58,604 bases of DNA, taken from positions 1 to 58,604 of the IMG/VR virus record IMGVR_UViG_3300047557_000735; one strand, written 5' to 3'. Position 1 is the stretch's first letter. Each line of letters begins with the position of its first letter. The position numbers and the translations under genes were made by a program. This DNA is from a virus (taxonomy: Duplodnaviria; Caudoviricetes). Shown here in pieces: positions 19,781 through 28,802 of the stretch. The notes under the pieces were generated by a model. It searched no databases. It saw only the letters and a list, made by a program, of their open reading frames with translations, and was not told the origin of the DNA.

Positions 19781-19797
19781 ATCTATCCTCTCGGCGT

Positions 19798-20037
19798 TTA
19801 TAGTTTATAAACCTTCTCAATCCACAGTCGTGATGAATTAGATCTCCCGGTTTTGGGGTTGTAGAGTGTACCGGTAATTGTGTCCGCGTACATGGCCTGA
19901 TCATTAACCATGATCTTTGCCATCTTCCTAGTAACTGTGGTGCCGAATGCGTGTATGTCTACATCAAACTTTGGCAAGTCTTTCATCTTGATGATGTCGT
20001 GTTCGTTGACACAGCCTGATTCAGTTCTAATCCTCAT
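19798..20037 (-). CDS. Hypothetical protein
   Basis: 79 aa in the coupled minus-strand operon; ADTITGTLYNPKTG. Confidence 0.65.
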   Translation of the reverse strand: MRIRTESGCVNEHDIIKMKDLPKFDVDIHAFGTTVTRKMAKIMVNDQAMYADTITGTLYNPKTGRSNSSRLWIEKVYKL

Positions 20038-20246
20038 AGCTTCCCTTTCATCAGTGCTCCAAAACGGGTGGGGCTACCGACAGTCATCAGCATATCTGCT
20101 GCTTCGGCTGCCTCCTCGTCAGTCATATTGTTTAGGTTGATGGTTCTACCGTCCTGTGTTTGCACGGCCTCAATCCCACCCATTAGTTCTTTGTTCTTCT
20201 CAAAGAAGTCTACGATGAACTGTCTTGATGTACGTATCTCACTCAT
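20034..20246 (-). CDS. Hypothetical protein
   Basis: 70 aa with an AAGGA RBS, overlapping the next gene. Confidence 0.65.
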   Translation of the reverse strand: MSEIRTSRQFIVDFFEKNKELMGGIEAVQTQDGRTINLNNMTDEEAAEAADMLMTVGSPTRFGALMKGKL

Positions 20247-20256
20247 ATGTTTTCCT

Positions 20257-20784
20257 TTATTTAAGTAACTCGCTCAACGGTAATGGTGCCATTTTATTTC
20301 CATTGTGCAGATTGCCATTCAATGGCGGCGATAAAAAATGAATGTAAAGAGACTCCAACTTATCCAACATTTCTTTGTCGCACGGGATATAAACGTAGGA
20401 ATCAAAAGTTTTGGTTTGTGCGTGGGTAAAAATACGACTAAAGACATTGGTTGATTGACCAACATACACAATCTTTTGTTCTAAAATAAGAAAGTAAACC
20501 CCACAAGCGGTGTGCATAGGTACAGCATGCTCAACAATCTCGTGCTCTCTCAGCAATACGCCAGAGGTTAGTTGTCTAACTGCCGCCCCAAACTTGACTT
20601 CTCTTTGCACCTCTTCCCTAAGACGCTTAAGCTCTTCCTCAAGATCTATAATTCCATGCCTTAACTTTTGAGCATGCTGTTCGTATAAAGCATCTTCAGC
20701 TTTGCGTTTGGCTATGTTTGCTTGGCGGGTGGCAACAGCTTTTGCGGCGATTGCTTTGCGCTCTTCTGGAGTTTTGTCTATCAT
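20257..20784 (-). CDS. GIY-YIG domain protein with N-terminal coiled coil
   Basis: GVYFL....IVYVGQS.N...RI..H...LE..YI....P.LN. Confidence 0.8.
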   Translation of the reverse strand: MIDKTPEERKAIAAKAVATRQANIAKRKAEDALYEQHAQKLRHGIIDLEEELKRLREEVQREVKFGAAVRQLTSGVLLREHEIVEHAVPMHTACGVYFLILEQKIVYVGQSTNVFSRIFTHAQTKTFDSYVYIPCDKEMLDKLESLYIHFLSPPLNGNLHNGNKMAPLPLSELLK

Positions 20785-21014
20785 TTCTCATCTACTTGTA
20801 TCAAGTCCACATACTTCCCATCCGCGTGAACAAACCTAACGCCAATCAACTTGTTTTCCTTGTCGTAAGAACAGCAAAACATATTGCCAGCACTCCACGG
20901 TGCTTTGGGTTGTAGGCCAACGCTAGTCATATGCTCTGGTACAAAGTAGTGCATCACCGTTTTAACTCGTGGGTGCAGAATCTTCTGGTAATCGTATAGC
21001 TTGATGTCAGGCAT
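20781..21014 (-). CDS. Hypothetical protein
   Basis: 77 aa coupled ORF. Confidence 0.6.
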   Translation of the reverse strand: MPDIKLYDYQKILHPRVKTVMHYFVPEHMTSVGLQPKAPWSAGNMFCCSYDKENKLIGVRFVHADGKYVDLIQVDEK

Positions 21015-21019
21015 GATTC

Positions 21020-21205
21020 TTAACTCCCTACTCGTTGGTCTTCTGGTAACGTTAGTTGATAATCATCCCATGCTTCTTCCAAAAGCATAGCTGCCTTCAT
21101 TAGAATATGTACCAACGCTTCGTTTCGGCCTTCGTCCAATCCTTCTGCGTAGCCACGTAGCCTGTGCGCCATTGTGTAATACTGTAATTTCCTTGCATCT
21201 ATCAT
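21020..21205 (-). CDS. Hypothetical protein
   Basis: ATG at 21205 after AAGGAG, overlapping the upstream stop. Confidence 0.6.
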   Translation of the reverse strand: MIDARKLQYYTMAHRLRGYAEGLDEGRNEALVHILMKAAMLLEEAWDDYQLTLPEDQRVGS

Positions 21206-21441
21206 GTGTTCTTCTCCTTCAACTTGGCTTCTGTCCACGCAATGAGCAGCTTCGGATCACACCACCCCTTGCGTTCTTCTTCCTCGTCTTCCATGACTTC
21301 AAGCTGCCTTACTTCCTCGTCCGTCAGCCCTACCCACGTATCGCCACGATCCCACGGCAGCGGGTGACCGGATAACTCATAAGCTTTGTGCCGCCAATTC
21401 TTGGCGCTCTCTTTGTATCGTTCGCAGTTTGGACAAGTCAT
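21202..21441 (-). CDS. Small modular protein (W.GLTDEE...EAKLKEKN module)
   Basis: N-terminal CxxC. The C-terminal module is shared with the ORFs at 23663 and 28111. Confidence 0.7.
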   Translation of the reverse strand: MTCPNCERYKESAKNWRHKAYELSGHPLPWDRGDTWVGLTDEEVRQLEVMEDEEEERKGWCDPKLLIAWTEAKLKEKNT

Positions 21442-21701
21442 GGTGCACGCCCCTCAATAAATTCCTTCACATGCCCTAGCGCATAGTCGTAGCCATCAGA
21501 AAACATAGCGTTACGTCCCTGCTCCGCGCCCATTAGTTCATTCACTGTTTCAAGTATTGCGTTGCGCTCTGCTGCTGCGACGATGGCGGCGAAGCGTTCA
21601 AGATTTTCAGGTTGCATCAAAAAAACATCCCAACAATCAGGGTTATGGTGACCCTGCGCTCCAGCCTCCCGCGCCATGCGGACAATGTCTTCGTCGTTCA
21701 T
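21438..21701 (-). CDS. Small modular protein (DI..MAREAG...LERFAA.VAAAER module)
   Basis: Module shared with ORF 34087-34308. Confidence 0.7.
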   Translation of the reverse strand: MNDEDIVRMAREAGAQGHHNPDCWDVFLMQPENLERFAAIVAAAERNAILETVNELMGAEQGRNAMFSDGYDYALGHVKEFIEGRAP

Positions 21702-21704
21702 AAC

Positions 21705-21938
21705 TTATGCCCCTTCTATCTTCGGCACATCAAATGCTTTGCCAAACGTAATCTCTGTGGCATCCAGCATCGTGTAAGAACCAAGAATGTAATCCTCTGT
21801 CTTGCCGTGGCAGTGCGCCCGAAACAGCTTGCCATCATAGTCTGGCAGGTACATGGACTCCATCTTCTCCACTGGCTTGTTGCATACCGCACAGGTAGGC
21901 AGGGCAAACGTCAAGTTATACAAAGCAATCTCGTTCAT
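21705..21938 (-). CDS. Hypothetical zinc-finger-like protein
   Basis: CAVC...HCHG. Confidence 0.6.
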   Translation of the reverse strand: MNEIALYNLTFALPTCAVCNKPVEKMESMYLPDYDGKLFRAHCHGKTEDYILGSYTMLDATEITFGKAFDVPKIEGA

Positions 21939-22117
21939 AACTTATGCCCCCGTATCTGTCTGCATCTTTGTCTGTCCGCTTCGCTAAAATCAGGGCTAAT
22001 CTCAGCCACGCCGCACATTAACTGTGGTCCCTGCGAGATAACCTTGGTTCCGTAGTACAAGGTAAACAGGGCGATGGCTATGTAGAACGCGACGGCTACG
22101 ATCTCAGGTGGTTTCAT
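21935..22117 (-). CDS. Small membrane protein
   Basis: N-terminal hydrophobic helix; CGVAEISPDF...CR. Confidence 0.6.
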   Translation of the reverse strand: MKPPEIVAVAFYIAIALFTLYYGTKVISQGPQLMCGVAEISPDFSEADRQRCRQIRGHKL

Positions 22118-22319
22118 CTCTAACTTTCATCATTGCATCTGCTACTTTGTATGACACTATTGCTATGGCTTCTAAACTGTCTTCGTGGCCTTGATCGTCA
22201 GGGTCTGTTGTCAGAATCCCCTGCATCGCCTTTGCCGCAAAGTAATCACGCAAATCCATGCCGGTGTCTTGTTGTCTACCTGCATCACTAAATGGTGCGT
22301 TTGGAAATGCTTTCATCAA
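22104..22319 (-). CDS. Conserved phage hypothetical protein (GMDLRDYFAAKAMQG family)
   Basis: Recognisable motif GM.LRDYFAAKAMQG...AY..ADAM. Confidence 0.75.
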   Translation of the reverse strand: MMKAFPNAPFSDAGRQQDTGMDLRDYFAAKAMQGILTTDPDDQGHEDSLEAIAIVSYKVADAMMKVRDETT

Positions 22320-22519
22320 ATCCTCCGTTGACAGGTAAATGCCTGAATGCCCACACGGAACGCGCCTGCAAACTTGCAGTCAGACACGATCCTATCCTCT
22401 GCATTTATGCCGCCTATGTACAGGCCGATCAGCAGCATGATCACCGCAGCAAGTGACTTCGCCCAAACAGCATTCAACCAGTCCAGAATTTTGCGCGGGC
22501 TGACAGTTTCAATAAACAT
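22316..22519 (-). CDS. Small membrane protein
   Basis: TM segment plus DCK....FRVG...F.C; GGAG RBS. Confidence 0.6.
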   Translation of the reverse strand: MFIETVSPRKILDWLNAVWAKSLAAVIMLLIGLYIGGINAEDRIVSDCKFAGAFRVGIQAFTCQRRI

Positions 22520-22536
22520 TTAATCTCCTATGTGTT

Positions 22537-22737
22537 TTACCATTTGCTATCTCGTAGTAGCTTTGCCATGTCCGGGTACCCTGCTTCCTCCAGCTTGTGG
22601 GCGCACGCCTCCCGCTCCCTGATGGCTACCAACTTGGCAAACTTATTCATCCAGTTGAGCGCCGCTACATCCGGGGCATAGACAAGATCCTCCTCATCCG
22701 CTACCTGCTGTGCCAGTTTTACAAGACTCTTACTCAA
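22537..22737 (-). CDS. Hypothetical protein
   Basis: FAKLVA..EREACA module; coupled ORF. Confidence 0.6.
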   Translation of the reverse strand: MSKSLVKLAQQVADEEDLVYAPDVAALNWMNKFAKLVAIREREACAHKLEEAGYPDMAKLLRDSKW

Positions 22738-22984
22738 ACAATGTACCTACTATAAGATTGGCTATTAAGACAATGACGCAGAAAAGCAGGTATGCCATCA
22801 CCAAGAAGCCGCCAACGCCAAGGTTCACAGGTTTACGCTTTCTCCACCGTTCACGCAGAAGTACTTGCTGCATTTCCTTTTCCTCTTCGGTAAGGGTTTT
22901 TTTTGAGGGTGGCACATAATGCACACCAATTTTTATGGGCGGCTCTTTAATAAATTTTCCGTCCTTTAACATTCCTTCCTCCAA
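22730..22984 (-). CDS. Hypothetical membrane protein
   Basis: IKIGVHYVPP and a C-terminal TM. The start may be the ATG a few codons in. Confidence 0.6.
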   Translation of the reverse strand: MEEGMLKDGKFIKEPPIKIGVHYVPPSKKTLTEEEKEMQQVLLRERWRKRKPVNLGVGGFLVMAYLLFCVIVLIANLIVGTLFE

Positions 22985-22987
22985 GAG

Positions 22988-23275
22988 TTATGGCGCTGTC
23001 ACCATTTGCTCAAGCTGGTCAATCAAAGTATCGGCAATCTTGCGCTCACCCACGCTGATGCTGGACGCATACGGGTCGCGGTGAATCACATCCATAGCAT
23101 CACGAAGTCCCTTGCGGTACCCACTCTGGAACGCATCATCACCCTCGAGGATCATGGTGATAGCGTCACGCACAATCGAGGATGCCTTACGTCCCTTGGC
23201 ATGCTCCTTCAACGCGTTGTATACCGACTCCGAAAGATGCACGGAGTAAGGTATCAATCGTTTACTTGTTTCCAT
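22988..23275 (-). CDS. Putative ribbon-helix-helix DNA-binding protein
   Basis: YSVHLSESVYNALKEHA....SSIVRDAI..IL has a CopG/Arc-like pattern. Confidence 0.55.
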   Translation of the reverse strand: METSKRLIPYSVHLSESVYNALKEHAKGRKASSIVRDAITMILEGDDAFQSGYRKGLRDAMDVIHRDPYASSISVGERKIADTLIDQLEQMVTAP

Positions 23276-23676
23276 AAATTAAACTCCTGTCGTATTGAGA
23301 TAAGTCGGTTTACTGCAATCTGGCTCTTAGGTATATCTGCCCGGCTGGGTACGCCTAGCTCATGCTTCAACCAGTCGGTGGCTTCTTCCTCTGAAGCCTC
23401 AAAGATCTGGCCTGCTTCTTTCAGGAACCGCCAGAAGGTTTTGTCCCGGCACAGCATTGCCGCAGTTCTGACTGAGTCTTTGCCGAACTCCTGCTCACGG
23501 TTCATAGGCATCTCGTCCTCGGTCAGGCGCACCATCACCACCTGATAGCGGGCACCCACGAAGTCACGCAGAAGCTCATCTGGTATCTCGTTGGGGTGGA
23601 TACACATAGTTAAGATATAGCCAGTCTTGTCTTGCTTAAGCGCAACCTTGACGGCTTCAAAGTTACTTGTCTGCAT
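23254..23676 (-). CDS. Conserved phage hypothetical protein
   Basis: 140 aa; FEAVKVALKQ.K.G..L...HP...GARY.VVMV. Confidence 0.7.
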   Translation of the reverse strand: MQTSNFEAVKVALKQDKTGYILTMCIHPNEIPDELLRDFVGARYQVVMVRLTEDEMPMNREQEFGKDSVRTAAMLCRDKTFWRFLKEAGQIFEASEEEATDWLKHELGVPSRADIPKSQIAVNRLISIRQEFNLWKQVND

Positions 23677-23935
23677 TTTTTTCCCTCAACATAGCTTCGA
23701 TGGCTTTGCCATAATCATGTTCTGGCATTCCACCCATATCGATTGACCACCACAATTCACTGCGTTCTTTGCGTGTCAGCCCTTTCCATTTGCGTTTAGG
23801 TTGCGCAAGTCGAGCGCGGAGTTCTTTTGCAATATCAATAGCGTGTTTTGCCCAGCCTTCACCAAACACCATGGCGAATTCAACAAAGCCATTCTCACCA
23901 TGTTCAATGAAGTCTTGCAGTTCTTGGTCGGTCAC
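23663..23935 (-). CDS. Small modular protein
   Basis: GTG start after GGAGG; LRARLAQP..KWKGLT...AIEAMLREKN. Confidence 0.65.
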   Translation of the reverse strand: MTDQELQDFIEHGENGFVEFAMVFGEGWAKHAIDIAKELRARLAQPKRKWKGLTRKERSELWWSIDMGGMPEHDYGKAIEAMLREKNADK

Positions 23936-24285
23936 GATATGTCCTCCACTCTTATCACCCACTCGCCGCTGCTTTTCTGCCGCCATCCATGGACTTCAAT
24001 CCTGATGCCAGCATCCCGGACGAACTGAACTGTCGGGCTATCCTGAATCTTTTTGATGCGTGTTGCCACTGCAGTGCTGGTTACCTGTACAGCCAGTACC
24101 TCTCCTTTGCGGATGGCAAGGATGTCTGCCCACCCCCAAAGATCAGCTCTTCGTTTTGTCCAAGAATTCCACCGTTCAACTATTTCGCAGTGGTACCCTT
24201 GTGCTCGCAAATACTTGAGTGACCGTTGAGTCGGCGAGGTACTAGTGCTTTTTCTGGCGGTAGGTTTCTTTTCAGTCTTCTCCAT
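23932..24285 (-). CDS. PD-(D/E)xK nuclease, Holliday-junction-resolvase/VRR-NUC-like
   Basis: SPTQRSL..LR..G...EIVERW...DLWGWADILA......AVQVT...IEVHGW. Confidence 0.7.
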   Translation of the reverse strand: MEKTEKKPTARKSTSTSPTQRSLKYLRAQGYHCEIVERWNSWTKRRADLWGWADILAIRKGEVLAVQVTSTAVATRIKKIQDSPTVQFVRDAGIRIEVHGWRQKSSGEWVIRVEDIS

Positions 24286-24827
24286 AATGTTGAGTACCCG
24301 ATGTTAAGTTTTTCGGCCCACCCAGAAATCGTCAGCGTGATTCCTTGGTAGGTAATTTGGACATTGGTTCTCTTATTGTTTTGCTGAGTTTTTATTAATA
24401 CCCATCGGCAGTTTTCCTTTGAGTAACCTTCAGCGTTATTTATACGATCAAGAGTTTTTTTGTCCGGAGCCTCTCCCATGTCTTCATAGAAGTTTTCAAA
24501 AAACTTCCATCTATCACACACTTGAATACCCCTGCCGCCATAGTTTGGATAGTCTTTGTCATTTGCTTCGTCGCACCTTTTAATCATCTTTGCCCAGATT
24601 TGGTAAGACCTAGTTGTGGAAAGACCGCCTCTTCTTTTTCGCCAACAACCGCAAGAAACAACTTCGCCAAGCGTAACGAGGGAAGAGCGATAGTTGACTT
24701 TGTTGCCACAGTCACAGTCAAACTCCCAAACTATTTTTCCTCCTTCCCTCTTTTCGGTTGGCGTTGTGGCGACCAGTCTTCCAAACCTTTGACCAGAAAT
24801 GTCTTTTGCGTTTCTATGAAATTTCAT
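24180..24827 (-). CDS. Free-standing HNH homing endonuclease
   Basis: GQRFGRL...CDCG...SCGC...W..M..RC...YGGRGI.VC.RW..F..F..DMG...TLDRINN..GY...NCRW...Q.NN.R. Confidence 0.9.
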   Translation of the reverse strand: MKFHRNAKDISGQRFGRLVATTPTEKREGGKIVWEFDCDCGNKVNYRSSLVTLGEVVSCGCWRKRRGGLSTTRSYQIWAKMIKRCDEANDKDYPNYGGRGIQVCDRWKFFENFYEDMGEAPDKKTLDRINNAEGYSKENCRWVLIKTQQNNKRTNVQITYQGITLTISGWAEKLNIGYSTLWRRLKRNLPPEKALVPRRLNGHSSICEHKGTTAK

Positions 24828-24890
24828 ATGTCTCCCTATTAAAAGTCCAATAGTAAAACATAAGTCATGACTAATGCAAATGACAAATTA

Positions 24891-25181
24891 TCAAAAAGGT
24901 ATGTCGTCATCATCAACTGGCGGCAACTCCTGTTGCTTTGGTGGTGGAGCGCTTTCCTCCGGCTTCTTGTAGGTGTTCACCTTCAGGCTAAAGAAAGGAC
25001 CGCGGCTACCTTGCTTCTCCCATCCGGACAAACGAATCTTGATGGAGTCTTCGTCTGTCTCATCCAACATCTGGCGGAGCAGACTGCGCTCAACCGAGAT
25101 GTCGCCAGTCATATCCGGTGAGTTAGGGTGTATGCGGTTCTGTGCGTAAAACAGAGCGCCACTATTCGGATACTTGTTCAT
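24891..25181 (-). CDS. Single-stranded DNA-binding protein (phage type)
   Basis: NSGALF...PD.TG...LSGW, with acidic tail DDDDIPF. Adjacent to ERF. Confidence 0.75.
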   Translation of the reverse strand: MNKYPNSGALFYAQNRIHPNSPDMTGDISVERSLLRQMLDETDEDSIKIRLSGWEKQGSRGPFFSLKVNTYKKPEESAPPPKQQELPPVDDDDIPF

Positions 25182-25878
25182 TAAACTGCTCCTTGAAATG
25201 CTTGAATGTTGCGGTCAGTTCTGTGTACGCATCTACGTCCTGTGCCTGAATGCGGTCATAGATAATCCGGTTGGTGCGGAAGATGGTCATTACATCTGCC
25301 TTAGTCTGCGCGGCCTCGAGGGCAAACACAGTCAGGTCTACTACAGTTTTGAGCCAGTCTCCCCATTCCGTATCGGGCTCCGCTGAAACTTTAAGCTGCC
25401 ACTGTGCATCCTTCCCTTCCATCTTAGGAGGTACAACAGGTGGCGCTTCAAGCTTCGGAGTAGTCGCAGGCTTTGGCGCAGGTGCCACCGCAGGTCTAGC
25501 AACAGGAGCTTTAGCGGAGTTGGCATCATCATCCTCTGGAGCAATGCCGCAAGCAGCCATCAGGCTATACCTGCGAGCGTAGGTCAAAGCACTACCGTAG
25601 CCTTGCGGATCTTGCTTGGCTGCCGGGACGAATAAAGAACCAGCGGTAAGCTGTTCTCCAGACTCGTGGATGAACACGGTCTGGATACACACACCACCGG
25701 CACGCTCTTCATTCAACTGCATCAAGTAGATGCCGTTGTTGTTTAGCCCATCAATCACCGCCTCGATGCACGCAGACAGGTCTGCATACTTGGTGCGGAA
25801 GTGTGGGTTGTTGCTGGTCTTGAGCGCAGGACCAAACTCTCGCTGCGCTTTAACCAGTGCTGCTGCTATGTTTTTCAT
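25162..25878 (-). CDS. erf: ERF-family single-strand annealing protein
   Basis: NPHF..KYADL, HESGE, DPQ.YGSALTYARRYSL.A..GIA.EDDD. Confidence 0.92.
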   Translation of the reverse strand: MKNIAAALVKAQREFGPALKTSNNPHFRTKYADLSACIEAVIDGLNNNGIYLMQLNEERAGGVCIQTVFIHESGEQLTAGSLFVPAAKQDPQGYGSALTYARRYSLMAACGIAPEDDDANSAKAPVARPAVAPAPKPATTPKLEAPPVVPPKMEGKDAQWQLKVSAEPDTEWGDWLKTVVDLTVFALEAAQTKADVMTIFRTNRIIYDRIQAQDVDAYTELTATFKHFKEQFNEQVSE

Positions 25879-26108
25879 GTAGTCACCTTTTTAGGTACGC
25901 CGGGCTTGGCGCGGGGGGTTCCATCTTTCTTGAGTCCGTACGGTGCTTCTGGAGTACGAAGTCTTAGGTTCATCTTCGCCTTGCGAGACCAACGATGACC
26001 ACGCTTAGGCGGCACGTCAGCAGCCCGCACCGCCTTGGGTGCAGACAGGCTGGCTAGTGCTTGGATAACGGCTGGTGTAGCGTTCTCGATGATGATTCGG
26101 ATTTCCAT
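25875..26108 (-). CDS. Small basic hypothetical protein
   Basis: ATG at 26108 after AAGGAGG; APYGLKKDGTPRAKPG. Confidence 0.65.
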   Translation of the reverse strand: MEIRIIIENATPAVIQALASLSAPKAVRAADVPPKRGHRWSRKAKMNLRLRTPEAPYGLKKDGTPRAKPGVPKKVTT

Positions 26109-26118
26109 TGTCCCCTCC

Positions 26119-26271
26119 TTAGTTGCAATAAGTTTGGCAGTTGTTACCGGTGCTGTCGCAGCATGTGGTGCAGTAAACAAAACGCCCGTTGTATTGATAG
26201 CTGTGTGATGTGCAGCCTGCGTATGCCATGCCAGCGGCGGCGATTGCCCAGATAGCGATGAGGTATTTCAT
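26119..26271 (-). CDS. Secreted cysteine-rich mini-protein (50 aa)
   Basis: AAGGAG RBS; signal peptide MKYLIAIWAIAAAGMAYA followed by a 32-aa region with 6 Cys. Confidence 0.75.
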   Translation of the reverse strand: MKYLIAIWAIAAAGMAYAGCTSHSYQYNGRFVYCTTCCDSTGNNCQTYCN

Positions 26272-26281
26272 GTGACTCTCC

Positions 26282-27226
26282 TTATTTAAGATTAACAAAT
26301 GGCACAGATCCATTTGCCATGGTTGCGGGAAGTTTTCCATCCCAACGTTCAATAGCTTTTAGCTGTACATATGCTGCACCGCCTTGGCTATTAATTGCTT
26401 GCGTTTCAATTTGAATTGCCTTTGCTCGTCCTTCGGCGCGGGCAACAGCCTGCTTTGCTTCTACTTCGATACGTGCTAGGTCTTGCTCTGCTTTTAGCTT
26501 GCTTTGGGTTGCAATCACTTTTGCTTCAATAGCCTTCTGGTAGTCGGCGCTAAAGGCAAAGTTAACCAGACTAATGTCATTCACACCCACGTTGTACTTG
26601 GCAAGTTTGGTAGCCAGTTCTTCGCGGATTTGCTGGGACACTACGTCACGCTTAACGATCAGGTCTTCGCTGGTATAGCGAGCAACGACCGCTTTGAATG
26701 ACTCGTTAATGCCCGGCAGGATTACCTTGTCCTCAAGGTTCAGACCGAACTCTTTGTAGATGTGTCCTACCTTAGCTCCGTCCAGACGGTAGTTAACTAC
26801 GATATCGGTATGTACCTGCTGAAGATCTTTGGTGCCTGCGCTGGCGTTGCCCAACTTGGTAGTTACCAGACGGACATCTACTTCTCGGATGTATGAAAGT
26901 GGGTTAACAAAGTGTGCGCCCTCTGTCAGCGTCTGCTGATTTACCGTACCAAACGTCACCTGAATGCCTATATGTCCCGCTGGAACTACGGTAAACGATT
27001 CAGACAATGTGTAAATTACAAAAACTACTGGTGCCGCAATAAAAAGAATGTTGTTGAACTGAGGCTTCTCAGGCAACGGATCTGGCTGCAAAGATTTGTA
27101 GGTCGCATTACGGCGCTCCACTTCGTTGCAACGTCTTTGCCAAGTTGACAGCGAGTCGTGCCGCGCATACAACAATCCCAAGGTTGGGATGGTTAAAATT
27201 AAGAACGATAAAATTATGTAGAACAT
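26282..27226 (-). CDS. SPFH/Band 7 (prohibitin-like) membrane protein
   Basis: VPAGHIGI..TFG.V, TKDLQQV, F.FS.DY.KAIEAK, AIERWDG.LP. Confidence 0.92.
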   Translation of the reverse strand: MFYIILSFLILTIPTLGLLYARHDSLSTWQRRCNEVERRNATYKSLQPDPLPEKPQFNNILFIAAPVVFVIYTLSESFTVVPAGHIGIQVTFGTVNQQTLTEGAHFVNPLSYIREVDVRLVTTKLGNASAGTKDLQQVHTDIVVNYRLDGAKVGHIYKEFGLNLEDKVILPGINESFKAVVARYTSEDLIVKRDVVSQQIREELATKLAKYNVGVNDISLVNFAFSADYQKAIEAKVIATQSKLKAEQDLARIEVEAKQAVARAEGRAKAIQIETQAINSQGGAAYVQLKAIERWDGKLPATMANGSVPFVNLK

Positions 27227-28114
27227 TTACTGCCCCCTCATTGAAATGTATCTTTGATGTTGATCGCAAAACTGGGAGACCTGACAGAACTTCTCACACC
27301 GGGTGCGCTCCCCCTCACGCACTTCGATTTCATACTCCTTCTTCTTGGCATTCAGCGTTGCCAGTTCTTCCTCTGCTCGATCCTTCTCACCAAACAAAGT
27401 CTTGGCACGTACACCGCCGATCTTCTTGACGGCGTAGACGGTAGGCTTCTCCCACATTTCCTCGGGCGTGCATGCGGGTAGCTCATCATCTACCTGCCGG
27501 TTAAACAGCGCCTCGTTGTGCAGGACTAAGCGGCTACGGATGTAATCCTCACGCTGCTCGAATGTCCAGAGAGGGATGTCTATGGTGACGATGGGTGCCT
27601 GTGGGTATGTCTCCTTGGCTTCCGCATCTCGGCGGCTCCAGTCCCGAACGATGCCCACGATCTGGATAGAGCGGACGCGCTGTCCCTTTACCTTCTCTAC
27701 CAGCCATGCGTAGCAGTTCAACTGGTTGACCCAGTCTGTCTTCTCCTGCTGTACTGACCACGCGCCGGTGACCTTATAGTCCTTGATGTCGATGCCATCG
27801 GAGTGGACTTCTTGCAGGTCGATAGCACCAGAGATCTTCCATCCCTCGAACTGGGTGAACAGGCGCTCTTCTACGATGTGGTTCTCATCCTTGCCATGCT
27901 CGAGGATGTTGTGAACGGCGGTGCCAAATAGAGACCAGACCATCTCAGATACGTCCGTCTCAAGCTCGTCGATATGCTTGTTGCGTAGCTGCACGATACG
28001 CGGTGAGTTCAGTAGTTCGGTCACGCTCAGGTTGACATCACCCTTGCTGTATTGAGGCCGCTTCACTACGTTGACAAAGGTCTGCGGGATGTTGAACTTA
28101 TTTGTAATCTTCAT
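27227..28114 (-). CDS. PD-(D/E)xK exonuclease (RecB/Cas4-like)
   Basis: GTAVH..LE, EERL, SGAID, DYK, QLN.YAWL, C..FC....C. Confidence 0.85.
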   Translation of the reverse strand: MKITNKFNIPQTFVNVVKRPQYSKGDVNLSVTELLNSPRIVQLRNKHIDELETDVSEMVWSLFGTAVHNILEHGKDENHIVEERLFTQFEGWKISGAIDLQEVHSDGIDIKDYKVTGAWSVQQEKTDWVNQLNCYAWLVEKVKGQRVRSIQIVGIVRDWSRRDAEAKETYPQAPIVTIDIPLWTFEQREDYIRSRLVLHNEALFNRQVDDELPACTPEEMWEKPTVYAVKKIGGVRAKTLFGEKDRAEEELATLNAKKKEYEIEVREGERTRCEKFCQVSQFCDQHQRYISMRGQ

Positions 28115-28566
28115 ATGTTTTTTTCCTTCAGCTTGGCTTCGATGGCTTCAGCAAACCATTTAAAACCTAACGGCAATCGTTTTGCTTCGCCGTCAGTTTG
28201 TGCTAAACAGTCAAACATTTCCTCATCCGTCAGCCCCTGCCATTCGCGCTGTGGTGGGGCGTTATAAATTGGCGGCTTAATGTAAACCGTAGCATCGTTG
28301 ACCTTATATGCAATCGGCTCCGGTTCATTGCGCTGTGGTGGGACGTTGACGGTCAAGATGCCATCCTGCTTTGCGCCGCATTTTGTGCATTCAACTTCCA
28401 TCAGGTACTTGTCTGCCACCGGCTCCGGTTCAGGCTGCGCGAGTCGGGCGCAGAGAGTTTCGATTGCTCTCATAGTCTTGCCTGTGTTTAATGATTCTAG
28501 CCATCTGTGTTCTGCCTCCAACGCATCCAGCACCTGCTGCGCTTCCTCTCTGGTCAAAGCAATCAC
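28111..28566 (-). CDS. Small modular protein with CxxC insert
   Basis: GTG after GGAGG; LTREEAQQVLDAL...ARLAQPEPEP...REWQGLTDEE...AIEAKLKEKN. Confidence 0.7.
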   Translation of the reverse strand: MIALTREEAQQVLDALEAEHRWLESLNTGKTMRAIETLCARLAQPEPEPVADKYLMEVECTKCGAKQDGILTVNVPPQRNEPEPIAYKVNDATVYIKPPIYNAPPQREWQGLTDEEMFDCLAQTDGEAKRLPLGFKWFAEAIEAKLKEKNI

Positions 28567-28802
28567 AGTTCCTCCCCATTCTGTTCTGCTGCTTTGTTCA
28601 TGTCGTGTAGTGCAAGTCGGGCGCGAAGGGTTTCGATTGTTTCCTGAGACTTTGCTACCGCTTGCTTTAAATATATAGAACGCCTGTACCACTCGCCGTG
28701 TTGATCTATGTTTTGTTGCATCTCCCAGTTTTGCGAATCTGCCGCATCAATCAACGCATCCAACACCTGTTGCGCTTCCTCGCGTGTTAATGTGATGGTC
28801 AT
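28563..28802 (-). CDS. Small modular protein
   Basis: MTITLTREEAQQVLDAL...IETLRARLA; paralogous to the adjacent ORF. Confidence 0.7.
   Translation of the reverse strand: MTITLTREEAQQVLDALIDAADSQNWEMQQNIDQHGEWYRRSIYLKQAVAKSQETIETLRARLALHDMNKAAEQNGEEL

Noticed and set aside
27227-28114. Cas4-like nuclease as evidence of CRISPR-Cas
   Set aside because: A stand-alone PD-(D/E)xK exonuclease near ERF and SSB is a normal phage recombination module.
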